A DNA stretch of 52,885 nucleotides, taken from IMG/VR virus record IMGVR_UViG_3300033144_005399, positions 1 to 52,885 of that record; one strand, written 5' to 3'. Below are positions 1 to 8,623 of this stretch, in pieces. This DNA comes from a virus (lineage: Duplodnaviria; Caudoviricetes). The first letter of the stretch is position 1. Each line of letters begins with the position of its first letter. The translations under genes and the position numbers were made by a program. The notes below the pieces were generated by a model. The model was not told where the DNA came from. It ran no database searches and worked only from the letters and a program-made list of their open reading frames with translations.

Positions 1-171
1 CACGACCGTGATCTGCTGGGGTGCGAAGGACATCAACGGCTCGCTCTAGTCCGACTCGGGCGAGGGCACACCACGTGCTCGTCCGCGTGGTGCGCTAGGG
101 CGGCGGTGTCGAGCCACACCGTCATCGTCGGATGGCTGGCGGGGGCTGCCCGACACTTTCGGAAGGGCTCG

Positions 172-1761
172 ATGTCAGATCGCGATCGGCTCCACAAGGC
201 ACCCAGCTTCGGTACTCCGGGGCTGGGTGTTCCTGCGACGAAGGAGTCATCGCGCTGGCACACCGGCGGGCCCGGTCACTTCCCGAGCTACAGCTCCATG
301 AAGCTGCGCGCGCTCGGGCGCTCGGGCATGGGCGAGCTGCAAGCGCTCACCATCGCGGTGAACAAGCTCTTCCGCACGGAAGACGAGTTCGGCCGCCCGC
401 CTCCGCACGTCATCACGGTCGAGGATGTGACGCGCGGCATCGTCATCGACCCGGTGGATCAGGAGAAGATTCAGCAGCTCGTTACGAACACCAGTGCGCA
501 CTTCGATCAGAAGTCGCAGACCCAGCGGCTCTTCCACGCGCGCGGCCGGCTGACCGAGGTGCTACGACATTCGTACAAGCACATCGAATCGGATACTCGC
601 ATGGAACTGGTGAGGCGTGCGGTAGCCTACTGGAAGCGCAATGGGCAGACGGACTACGGCAAGGACCCCACGGTTCGGTGGAGGAAGAGCATGAGGCTCG
701 TGATCCCAAGGCAGCGCAGCGCGCTTCACAAGGCGCTGTTCATCGGACCTCGCGGTGGTAAGTGGGCCGATGCGAAGCACACCATCCCGTGGGGGGAGCA
801 ACACGGGAAGAAGCCACGCCGGAAGCCTTCCGGGGGAGCGAAGAAGCTGCCTCGGAAGTTGGCTTTGGAGTCGCGGAACATCGACCTCCATCTGGCATCG
901 CTCAGCCGCAAGGGCACGTCCAGCTACACGGAGCGTGATGCGATCCAGATGAAGATGCGCTCTCTGTACAAGCGCAGAAAGGAGATCCGGCAGCAGTCCG
1001 GCGCGCGTGATCTGAGCGAGTTCGAAGCGATGGTCGCCAGAGGGGCGCTGAAGAAGAAGAAGCCGACGCACGGCGAGGAGGCTCGGCGTGCGCGCGCGAA
1101 GGCAGCGGAGGCACATCCTGATTTCCACGCAGCGATCGAGCAGGGCCGAGTGCAGGGCGACCTACTGCATCACGTCCACACCGCGAAGACCTTCCTCGCC
1201 GCTCACCGCGCAACGCTCCCCGCTCTCATGAACGTCATCAACGAAGCCGCGCCTCCGGGCGCGAGGGTACAGAGCCGCGTCAAGACGTTGGAGAGCACGC
1301 TCGGCAAGTTGGTGCGCAAGACGAAGTACGCCGACGCGACGAAGCTGCAAGACGCGACGGGTGTGCGAATCGTGTGCGGCACCATCGACGAGGTGAAGTC
1401 GACGGTCGCGAAGCTCAGAGCGAAGTACAGGATCATCGAGGAGGACGACTACATCGATTCGCCCGCCCCGGGCGACTACCGGTCGCACCATCTGATCATC
1501 GAGCACGGCGGCGTCGCGAAAGAGATCCAGATCCGCACGAAGAACCAGCACAAGATGGCGGACTGGACGCACGACATCTACAAGCCGCGCACACCCGAGC
1601 AGGCCGCGGCTGTCGAGCGATATAAGAAGGTGCTGGCCGCGTACTCGAAGCAGGCGGCGGATCACTTCTACAGCGCGGACAAGGGCGAGCATCCCCCCGA
1701 CCCGGACCTGCCGCCCTGTACACCGGTCGTGAAGACAACCCTGGGGTGCCTCGATGCCTGA
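172..1761 (+). CDS. Polyvalent protein with C-terminal RelA/SpoT-family (small alarmone synthetase-like) domain
   Basis: ATG at 172 follows GGAAGG (the track starts at GTG 106). The C-terminus has SRVKTLES, LQDATGVRI, DYRSHHL and EIQIRT, the synthetase motifs of the RelA/SpoT family. It also contains LHKA followed by a GPRGGKWAD tag. Confidence 0.85.
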   Translation: MSDRDRLHKAPSFGTPGLGVPATKESSRWHTGGPGHFPSYSSMKLRALGRSGMGELQALTIAVNKLFRTEDEFGRPPPHVITVEDVTRGIVIDPVDQEKIQQLVTNTSAHFDQKSQTQRLFHARGRLTEVLRHSYKHIESDTRMELVRRAVAYWKRNGQTDYGKDPTVRWRKSMRLVIPRQRSALHKALFIGPRGGKWADAKHTIPWGEQHGKKPRRKPSGGAKKLPRKLALESRNIDLHLASLSRKGTSSYTERDAIQMKMRSLYKRRKEIRQQSGARDLSEFEAMVARGALKKKKPTHGEEARRARAKAAEAHPDFHAAIEQGRVQGDLLHHVHTAKTFLAAHRATLPALMNVINEAAPPGARVQSRVKTLESTLGKLVRKTKYADATKLQDATGVRIVCGTIDEVKSTVAKLRAKYRIIEEDDYIDSPAPGDYRSHHLIIEHGGVAKEIQIRTKNQHKMADWTHDIYKPRTPEQAAAVERYKKVLAAYSKQAADHFYSADKGEHPPDPDLPPCTPVVKTTLGCLDA

Positions 1762-3130
1762 CACGATGATGCTGCGCCTGAACGCGCAACGAGCGATGAC
1801 GCCGAAGGCGGGTGAGGGTTTCAACGTCGTCGGCGTGGACTCCTTCGAGGAGGCGGGTGACGAGCTGTACCTCGTCGCTCACTTCGACACGCGCGTCGAG
1901 GCGGAGCGCAAGGTCGAGTCGTACCAGAAGTCGACGATGGATCGCATTCACATCTACGGGCAGTCGGGGCCCGGTCTGAAGAAGGCGCGCAAGGCGCGCG
2001 GTGGCGCGTACCACGTGCGCATCGTGCTCCCGAGCGGGAAGCTGAAGCACTTCTACGATCGGGGCGCATACGAGCGCTGGTGTGATCGTAACGACATCGA
2101 GCCGCACGTCACTGGCGAAGGCAAGCTGCGCGACGCGGCTGACCGTCGCGGGCACGCGCTGGTATCCGACGGCCCGCCGCAGGCTGCGACATACGGATGG
2201 GACAAGCTGGAGGATGACGTGCCCGGTCCGAAGCCGGGCGCGCGGCGCATGGAGCGGCTTCAGGGGAAGATGACGAACGGTGACTACGCCGCGCTCGGTG
2301 CCGCGTTCATGAGCGCGAAGAAGGAACCAGGCGCGCTACCGCCGCGGCGACCTTCGAGCCATAGCCGAACCCCGACACAAGCCCGCACGTCAGAGCGGGG
2401 CCGGCAGCGCACCGGAGAGCTTCGCGTGCGCCCCGGTGCCCCGCGCCGGAACGAGAACACCGGTAGCGTGTTCGACCGTCGGCACACCCCCTCGCCGGGA
2501 CTCACCCGCCGACACGGCCGTACCGTGTCGAGGCACACTCGGATACCGCACTCGCCGCCGAGAAGGGCCACCGACGTTCATCGCGGGCGCATGAGCGCGC
2601 CGATGATGGATACTGACTTCGCGCAGCTCGGTGCTGCGTTCATGAGCGCGAAGCAGTCGCGTTCCATCCTGCCGACTCGTCGCATGGGCGGGTTGCCGCA
2701 GCGGCTTCGTGATCGTCGCGCGGCTCGTGCGCAGGCGCAGCACGAGCTTCCCAAGACGGGGCAGGCGAAGATGAGCGACTACAATCGCGTGCGTGCGGCG
2801 CAGGCGGGTGAGGGCCGGTCTCGGATGGGCCGTGTCGATCGCTCCCCTCGCCGCTCGCTCGGCCGCACCATTCAGCATGCGACGCCGCGCCATCGGGGGG
2901 ATCGCCCGCCGCCGTCGATGTCGGGTGCCCCGGAGCGTGCGCATCGGCAGCTCCCGTCTGCGCCGCAGCCTCCGCGGAAGAGGAGTAGGACCAAGCCCTT
3001 GGCGACTTCGAGGCGGCTCCATGCGGCCATGGCGCGCTCTGATCTCGTGCGCCCCGATCTGAAGAAGCACACGGAGTCGCAGCTCGTCTACCGCACGCCG
3101 CAGTCGCGCAAGATCAGCCTGGAGTGGTAG
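1754..3130 (+). CDS. Hypothetical Arg/Pro-rich, largely disordered protein with (D/E)(Y/F)AxLGA repeats
   Basis: Overlaps the previous stop and has typical coding codon usage. Contains GKMTNGDYAALGAAFMSAK and GRMSAPMMDTDFAQLGAAFMSAK. Confidence 0.7.
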   Translation: MPDTMMLRLNAQRAMTPKAGEGFNVVGVDSFEEAGDELYLVAHFDTRVEAERKVESYQKSTMDRIHIYGQSGPGLKKARKARGGAYHVRIVLPSGKLKHFYDRGAYERWCDRNDIEPHVTGEGKLRDAADRRGHALVSDGPPQAATYGWDKLEDDVPGPKPGARRMERLQGKMTNGDYAALGAAFMSAKKEPGALPPRRPSSHSRTPTQARTSERGRQRTGELRVRPGAPRRNENTGSVFDRRHTPSPGLTRRHGRTVSRHTRIPHSPPRRATDVHRGRMSAPMMDTDFAQLGAAFMSAKQSRSILPTRRMGGLPQRLRDRRAARAQAQHELPKTGQAKMSDYNRVRAAQAGEGRSRMGRVDRSPRRSLGRTIQHATPRHRGDRPPPSMSGAPERAHRQLPSAPQPPRKRSRTKPLATSRRLHAAMARSDLVRPDLKKHTESQLVYRTPQSRKISLEW

Positions 3131-4183
3131 GTGCCGTTCCGCTCCGAAAAGCAGCGCCGCTACATGCACGCGAATCTGCCGAAGATCGCGGAGCGATGGG
3201 AGCGCGCGCACGCGAAGATGAGCCGGCCGGCGAAGGTGCACGCGTTCTACAGAGACCGCGCGAAGATGAAAGCGAAGAAGAAGCCGAAGCTCGGTGTCGC
3301 CGAGGGCGAGTCAGGTCCGCGTCTGTTCGCGCGCCTCGGCCTGTTCGCGATCGGCGATCCCAACGAGGACCGACCGGTGTTGCTGGAGCCCGGCGGTCAC
3401 GTGAGTGCCGCGCGCCCCGCGGGTACGCCGAGCGCGAAGATGAAGCGCCACATCGTCTTCGAGCCCAGCGCGAAGATGTCGATGAGGCAGCTCAATCACA
3501 CGGTCAACGGCGACGACGAGGGCGAGAACGGGCACCACGATGGGCACCCCGGCTCGCACGCGCGCGTGACGGACGTCTGGGGTGCGGACGCACTGACGGC
3601 CAGCTTCGTCACGCCCGGTGAGCTGCTGCGCAAGTCGAACATGAGCAGGCTGCCGCAGGTTGCCGCGATCGGCGGCAGCGCGCCGCGTGAAGAGACGCCC
3701 GCGTTGCCCGACTTCCAAGAGATCTACTACCAGCCTGAGAGCGACGAGAAGCACAAGCTGGAGCGCGAGCAGGCGGAGACGCGTCGGCTCGCGGACGCGC
3801 GTCGCAACACCGCGAGGTACGGTATCCACGGTCCCGCGATCACACCGACGCTGACGCCGCAGATCCGATGGGAGCCCGAGGAAGATCCGACCGAGCACAC
3901 CGGGCCGAAGCTCGGGCAGAAGAAACCGACGGTGCGTGCGGACATCGACCAGGAGCGCATCTACGCCGGCAGCGAGCATCAAGTCGGCACGCTGAAGCAG
4001 AAGACCGACGAGGGTCGTGTCCCGCGTTCGGGGGATCGCCGCGATGACGTCGCGTGGTGGGATACCGAAGACGACGAAGACGACGAAGACGACGAAGACG
4101 ACGAAGACGACGAAGACGAGAGCGCAGAGAAGGCGCTCCGTGTCATTTCACCGCGAGAGCTGCTACGAAAGGGGCGCGCGTGA
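3131..4183 (+). CDS. Hypothetical protein with a phage-type MPFRSEKQRRYMHAN N-terminus and an acidic (EDD)n tract
   Basis: GTG directly follows the previous TAG. The N-terminal motif resembles a recurrent small phage motif. Contains LLRKS and ends with LLRKG. Confidence 0.75.
   Translation: MPFRSEKQRRYMHANLPKIAERWERAHAKMSRPAKVHAFYRDRAKMKAKKKPKLGVAEGESGPRLFARLGLFAIGDPNEDRPVLLEPGGHVSAARPAGTPSAKMKRHIVFEPSAKMSMRQLNHTVNGDDEGENGHHDGHPGSHARVTDVWGADALTASFVTPGELLRKSNMSRLPQVAAIGGSAPREETPALPDFQEIYYQPESDEKHKLEREQAETRRLADARRNTARYGIHGPAITPTLTPQIRWEPEEDPTEHTGPKLGQKKPTVRADIDQERIYAGSEHQVGTLKQKTDEGRVPRSGDRRDDVAWWDTEDDEDDEDDEDDEDDEDESAEKALRVISPRELLRKGRA
4067..4119 (+). repeat. Tandem repeat (GAAGACGAC) x ~6 encoding EDD repeats
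   Basis: Five perfect 9-bp units plus 8 of 9 bases of a sixth, read directly. Confidence 0.95.
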
Positions 4184-4223
4184 CTAAGTGCGTGCCGAAG
4201 CGCAGTATCTAGCGCAGGAGATC

Positions 4224-7205
4224 ATGATGGACGCCATCGAGCAGCTCAATCACCTCTTCAAAGCCTTCCCCCCGAAGAAGGGCAAGGATGAGGAGAAGGA
4301 CGCGAAGAGCAAGGGTGGAGACTGCCCGACTTCCGACAAGGATGGCGACGGTACGCCGAACGCGCTCGACGCAGCGCCGGATGACGCGGGCGACGACTCG
4401 ACGGTCGGCGACGAAGAGGGGTTCCCCGAAGAGGGCGACACCTTCGGTGAAGAGGGTGACGAAGAGGGGTTCCCGCCCGAAGAGGGGGACGGCGAGTTCC
4501 CGCCCGAAGAGGGTGGCGGCGAGTTCCCGCCCGAAGAGGGTGGCGGCGGGATGGATCCGGCGACGGTCGAGCTGGTCGAGCAGCTCGCGGCGGCGGAGAA
4601 GGATTTCTACGCGGCGAAGGGGATGCACGGTCCCGATCACCACAAGGCCGAGATGGCGATGGAGGTGTTCCACAAGCTCGTGCGCAAGCTCGCGAAGCAG
4701 GTGCATCCCAACGTCGGCAAAGAACAGCCGATGGACAACGGCGAAGAGGGCAACGGTGCGCCTCCCTTCGGTCAGGAAGAGCAGGACAACGGCGGTGGTG
4801 CCAACGGCGACGCATATGGCGGCGCACCCTTCGGCGCGCAGGGTGGCGAGAAGGCCGGATACTCGCAGGACGACGGCGAGCAGGTCGGCGACTACGAGGG
4901 TGGCGAGGACAAAGAGAAGAAGCCCCCGGTCGACAAGGATGAGGTCGTCAAGGAAGCGAAGAAGGCGGGCATGAGCGACGAAGCCATCGAGATGATGGTG
5001 AAGGCGTTGTCGGCGAAACAGGAGATGCTGGAGCCGACGGTCGGCGAGAAGATGAAGGGGAAGATGGAGCCCGACATCGCGAACTACTCGGGCGACCCGA
5101 TGAGCGGCAAGTTCATCGATTGGGCGGGCACGGGTCTCGTCGGGCGCATGAACGAAGCGGACAAGGACGGCAGGCCGAGCGGCATCACCGGCGACAACCC
5201 CTACGAGGGCAGCAACGCAGGCGAGGCGCACCCGCACTACGCCTACAACGAGGGGCCGTTCAGCGGGCAGAAGTTCCCGACCAAGACGCCTGGTCCTCCG
5301 CACGGGAAGATGCACGCGAAGGTCGTGACGCCGAGCGACGTCGTGACGCCGAGCGACATGCAGGGCAAACAATACGCGGCGGGCGCCGGTCTCAGGATGC
5401 GCCCGAGCGCCGGCCCCGGTCCGAAGCAGCCGACGACGCAGCAGCGCGGCTTTCGTCCCGCCAACAAGCCGTCGCGCGCGGCGACGCTGCGGGGTCGCAT
5501 GAGCGAAGAGCCGAGCGGCGGCGAGTACGCAGCGCTCGGCGCGGCGATGCGGAGGGATACTCCTCCGGGTCCTCCGTTCAGCGCGAAGCAGAGCGGCTCG
5601 CGCGCAGCGCACGGGCCTTCGCATGCGTCGGGCCGCGCTGGCGGTCCTACGGCGAGCGTGCCGAAGCCGACGACGGGTGGGCGCACGATCAGCGGGCGCG
5701 ACTTCGAACGCACCGCGACGACGATGGTGCGGCGCGGTGCGGGAGTACGCCAGCTCCGCGACAAGTTTCACGGGCCTTCGCAGGCGTACCGTCGCCGGCC
5801 CCGCACGCAGTCAACGGCGTCGATGCATCCCGGTCTGCGTGGTCGCATGAGCGAGGGCATGGAGTTCGTCGAGCTGGGCGCGAAGATGCGCGGTGCCATG
5901 GAAGGCCCGCATGAGCGCCGTCCGAAGCCGCACGCCCGCCCGCCGCGCAGGACGCTCGGGTACGCGACGGCTGCGCGCGAGGCGGCGAGCGACGCTATCG
6001 ATCGTGTCCGGGGGTACGGTGACGCGGGTCCGAAGCGGTCGACGACGGCGCAGAAGAAGAACCCCCCCGGATCGCCGGGTCGTCCTGGGGGATCGAGCGA
6101 GCTGGGCGACCCGTATGCGAGCATGCACGGTAAGCAGCACCACGGGCCTGCCGCGCCGACCCCCGTCAAGACTGGCGGCGGCGGGCCGAGGATCGGGATG
6201 GGCGGTGCGCCTACCAACAGGGGCACGAAGCAGCCCGCGATCGGAGTGCACGGTCGGAGCCGCATGCCTCCGGGGCGCAAGCGCGTCCACGGCGGCGGCA
6301 CGGGTCCCAACCGGGGCCGTCCGCGCGTCGGACCGATCACGGTGCGGCGTATCCCGCACGCGAGCATGCGCGGGAAGATGGTCGTCGAGGCTCCGCACGG
6401 GCTCGACTACGCGCACCTCGGTGCGATGATGCGCGACCAGGATACCGGTCCGAAGCCGCAGTCCCCGAGCGGGGGCAAGCCTCCGATGTCGGGCGCGATG
6501 GACGACCCGGGTCCCAAGCGCGTCTCGCACCGTCAGACGTGGCCGCTGACGGGAAAGCCGGAGACGTCGTTGTCGGGGCAGATGACCGGCAAGCGGACTG
6601 GCGAGCGCCGGCCCGGCACGTTCGGGAGCGCTGGCTCCCAGAAGCCGAAGAAGCAGCACGGGGCGCGTCCTCGCCCCCCGTCTCCGCCTCCGCCCGAGCG
6701 CCCCGATGCTGGTCCGAAGAAGGTGGGTCGGGGACGCAGGCGCGGCCCCAACTGGGCTGAGCGGGCGGGCGTCGGCGTTACGCCCCGCCAGCGGCGCGCG
6801 GCACCGGCGAACGCGCGCGGTCGCGATCGGGCCATTCGGGCGCTGGACCCTGCCGACCGGTCGGCGACCTCGCTGGGCCGGGGGTTCGGTCCTTCTGCCG
6901 TGCGGGCCGTGGTGAGGGCGGGTGCGGCGGCCGGCGGGCCGCAGCGTCAGGGAAGGGCTCCCCACCATGCCGGACCGAAGACTGCGCGCGCGAAGATGAG
7001 CGCGAAGCAGACGGATACCCCTGGGTACGTGCGGCATTCGCCCGAGCAGTACCGGAGCGTGGCCGAGCACATGGTCCCGCGGTCGCCTCCCCCGAGGGCC
7101 GGGCGGAAGCGTGTGCACGGCGGCGGTGTCAGCGCGAAGATGAGCGAGGAGCCCCAGGGCCACGAGTACGCCGCGCTCGGTGCGTTCATGCGGCAGGGCC
7201 GTTAG
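4224..7205 (+). CDS. Large disordered protein (~990 aa): acidic N-terminal third, basic Arg/Pro/Gly-rich remainder
   Basis: AGGAG at 4216-4220 favours ATG 4224/4227 over GTG 4188. N-terminus MDAIEQLNHLFKA. Four (G/A)(K/R)M...(Y/F)xxLGA repeats. Confidence 0.8.
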   Translation: MMDAIEQLNHLFKAFPPKKGKDEEKDAKSKGGDCPTSDKDGDGTPNALDAAPDDAGDDSTVGDEEGFPEEGDTFGEEGDEEGFPPEEGDGEFPPEEGGGEFPPEEGGGGMDPATVELVEQLAAAEKDFYAAKGMHGPDHHKAEMAMEVFHKLVRKLAKQVHPNVGKEQPMDNGEEGNGAPPFGQEEQDNGGGANGDAYGGAPFGAQGGEKAGYSQDDGEQVGDYEGGEDKEKKPPVDKDEVVKEAKKAGMSDEAIEMMVKALSAKQEMLEPTVGEKMKGKMEPDIANYSGDPMSGKFIDWAGTGLVGRMNEADKDGRPSGITGDNPYEGSNAGEAHPHYAYNEGPFSGQKFPTKTPGPPHGKMHAKVVTPSDVVTPSDMQGKQYAAGAGLRMRPSAGPGPKQPTTQQRGFRPANKPSRAATLRGRMSEEPSGGEYAALGAAMRRDTPPGPPFSAKQSGSRAAHGPSHASGRAGGPTASVPKPTTGGRTISGRDFERTATTMVRRGAGVRQLRDKFHGPSQAYRRRPRTQSTASMHPGLRGRMSEGMEFVELGAKMRGAMEGPHERRPKPHARPPRRTLGYATAAREAASDAIDRVRGYGDAGPKRSTTAQKKNPPGSPGRPGGSSELGDPYASMHGKQHHGPAAPTPVKTGGGGPRIGMGGAPTNRGTKQPAIGVHGRSRMPPGRKRVHGGGTGPNRGRPRVGPITVRRIPHASMRGKMVVEAPHGLDYAHLGAMMRDQDTGPKPQSPSGGKPPMSGAMDDPGPKRVSHRQTWPLTGKPETSLSGQMTGKRTGERRPGTFGSAGSQKPKKQHGARPRPPSPPPPERPDAGPKKVGRGRRRGPNWAERAGVGVTPRQRRAAPANARGRDRAIRALDPADRSATSLGRGFGPSAVRAVVRAGAAAGGPQRQGRAPHHAGPKTARAKMSAKQTDTPGYVRHSPEQYRSVAEHMVPRSPPPRAGRKRVHGGGVSAKMSEEPQGHEYAALGAFMRQGR
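4491..4544 (+). repeat. 27-bp tandem duplication encoding GEFPPEEGG, with a degenerate third copy just upstream
   Basis: GGCGAGTTCCCGCCCGAAGAGGGTGGC occurs at 4491-4517 and 4518-4544. Confidence 0.9.
5322..5357 (+). repeat. 18-bp tandem duplication encoding VVTPSD x2
   Basis: GTCGTGACGCCGAGCGAC occurs twice in tandem. Confidence 0.9.
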
Positions 7206-7207
7206 TC

Positions 7208-8620
7208 ATGGAGAAGAGCATGGACGCGATCGACGCACTCGAAAGTCTCAGCAAGGGCGGCCCGTATGTCGGCCCCAAGGGCGGTCTGTGGGCCGACGCG
7301 AAGCACACGGTTTCGTGGAGCGACCGCAAGTCGAAGAAGCGGAAGTCGAAGGGCAAGGGTATCCGCGAGATCAAGACCCGCACGAAGAGCCACGGCAAGG
7401 GGATCACCGAGGTCATCAAGCTCGGCTCGAAGCGCGACATCGAGGAGAAGACGCTCCCCGCGTGGACGGGCGAGAAGAAGGGTACCTCGCGCCGCTACAA
7501 GGGCCCCGAGGGCGGGCTCCCTACGCCGAGCAAGGGACATCCGGTCGAGGACGCACCCGTGGGGGACGAAGGTCCCCAGACGCTGCGTCGCTTCAAGGGG
7601 CCGGCGGGTGTCTCGCCCGACACCAAAGAGGCGTACCTGGAGCGCTTCATGGGGACCGGCAAGGGCATCGACTTCGGCGGAGGTCCGGGGGGCTCGGGAG
7701 AGCCGGGCGTCCTGCGGCGCGACAAGGGCCCGGGGCGCAAGCCCTTCCCCTGGCAGACGGGACCGAAGGCGTCGAAGCCGCACTTTCTGGAGCGTGGGGA
7801 AGTGCCGCCGCCGCACACGCGCGAGAGTGCTCAGGCGCAGTACGACCGAGCACAGGAGTCAGCCGGCCGTGCGTACAAACGCAAGTACCGGAAGAGCATC
7901 GATGCGGAGGGGCGTCCGCTGATCAAGGGCGGTCTCTACAGCTTCCGCGATCCCCACGACGGCAAGGCGAGGCTGCTGCCGGCCGCGTACCTGTTCGACT
8001 ACCTGTGCGCGTTCGTCTGCGAGGCGTATGAGCACGAGGTCACGGAGCCCGCGCACAAGTTCACGAACGTGCGCGATCTGCCGACGACGATGGCCCGCGC
8101 GATCATGGGCGAGCTGGTCGTGAGGATGACGAAGGACACGAACCTTCGGCGCGCGTGCCAGAAGTTCAAGTGCACCGTCGACACGATCGCGACGCTGCTC
8201 GTGAAGAAGAACATCCTGAAGACGCACAGCGACGCGATGCCGACCGACAGCGACAGCGCCGCCGCGATGGGCGCAGGCATGCTCTCCGAGGCCGAGGTGA
8301 TGGCGTACAGCAAGCCGTCGCCGTGGATGCAGAAGAGCGACTCGCACGTGCACATCGGTGTGGGCCGGCTCGTCGACCGCACGCCCGAGAACCTCGCACA
8401 CACGCTGATCGACGACTCGCAGGATCCTCACGCGCTCGTGCGCAAGAGTATCCGTGACTCGGTGGTCGAGCACGGCTCGCAGCTCGCCCACCCGGAGGAG
8501 GTCGCGGTGACGCGCTCGGCTGACTGCCCGGTGCACGCGCGCGAGATACACAAGGCGATGAACCTGTGGAACCCGATGGGACCGTGCACGTGTGGCGCGG
8601 AGCCCAACCCATACGGCTGA
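7208..8620 (+). CDS. Hypothetical head-associated protein with an N-terminal LSKG+GPKGGLWAD tag and a C-terminal Cys/His cluster
   Basis: Begins MEKSMDAIDALESLSKGGPYVGPKGGLWADAKHTVSW. Ends with CPVH...CTC, a possible metal site. Lies directly upstream of the portal. Confidence 0.8.
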   Translation: MEKSMDAIDALESLSKGGPYVGPKGGLWADAKHTVSWSDRKSKKRKSKGKGIREIKTRTKSHGKGITEVIKLGSKRDIEEKTLPAWTGEKKGTSRRYKGPEGGLPTPSKGHPVEDAPVGDEGPQTLRRFKGPAGVSPDTKEAYLERFMGTGKGIDFGGGPGGSGEPGVLRRDKGPGRKPFPWQTGPKASKPHFLERGEVPPPHTRESAQAQYDRAQESAGRAYKRKYRKSIDAEGRPLIKGGLYSFRDPHDGKARLLPAAYLFDYLCAFVCEAYEHEVTEPAHKFTNVRDLPTTMARAIMGELVVRMTKDTNLRRACQKFKCTVDTIATLLVKKNILKTHSDAMPTDSDSAAAMGAGMLSEAEVMAYSKPSPWMQKSDSHVHIGVGRLVDRTPENLAHTLIDDSQDPHALVRKSIRDSVVEHGSQLAHPEEVAVTRSADCPVHAREIHKAMNLWNPMGPCTCGAEPNPYG

Positions 8621-8623
8621 CGC

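Noticed and set aside
1-49. Possible 3' end of an upstream gene (TTVICWGAKDINGSL-stop)
   Set aside because: Only 15 codons are visible, too short to identify.
4067-4119. GAAGACGAC tandem repeat as a phase-variation switch
   Set aside because: The unit is 9 bp, so copy-number change keeps the frame and only alters acidic tract length.
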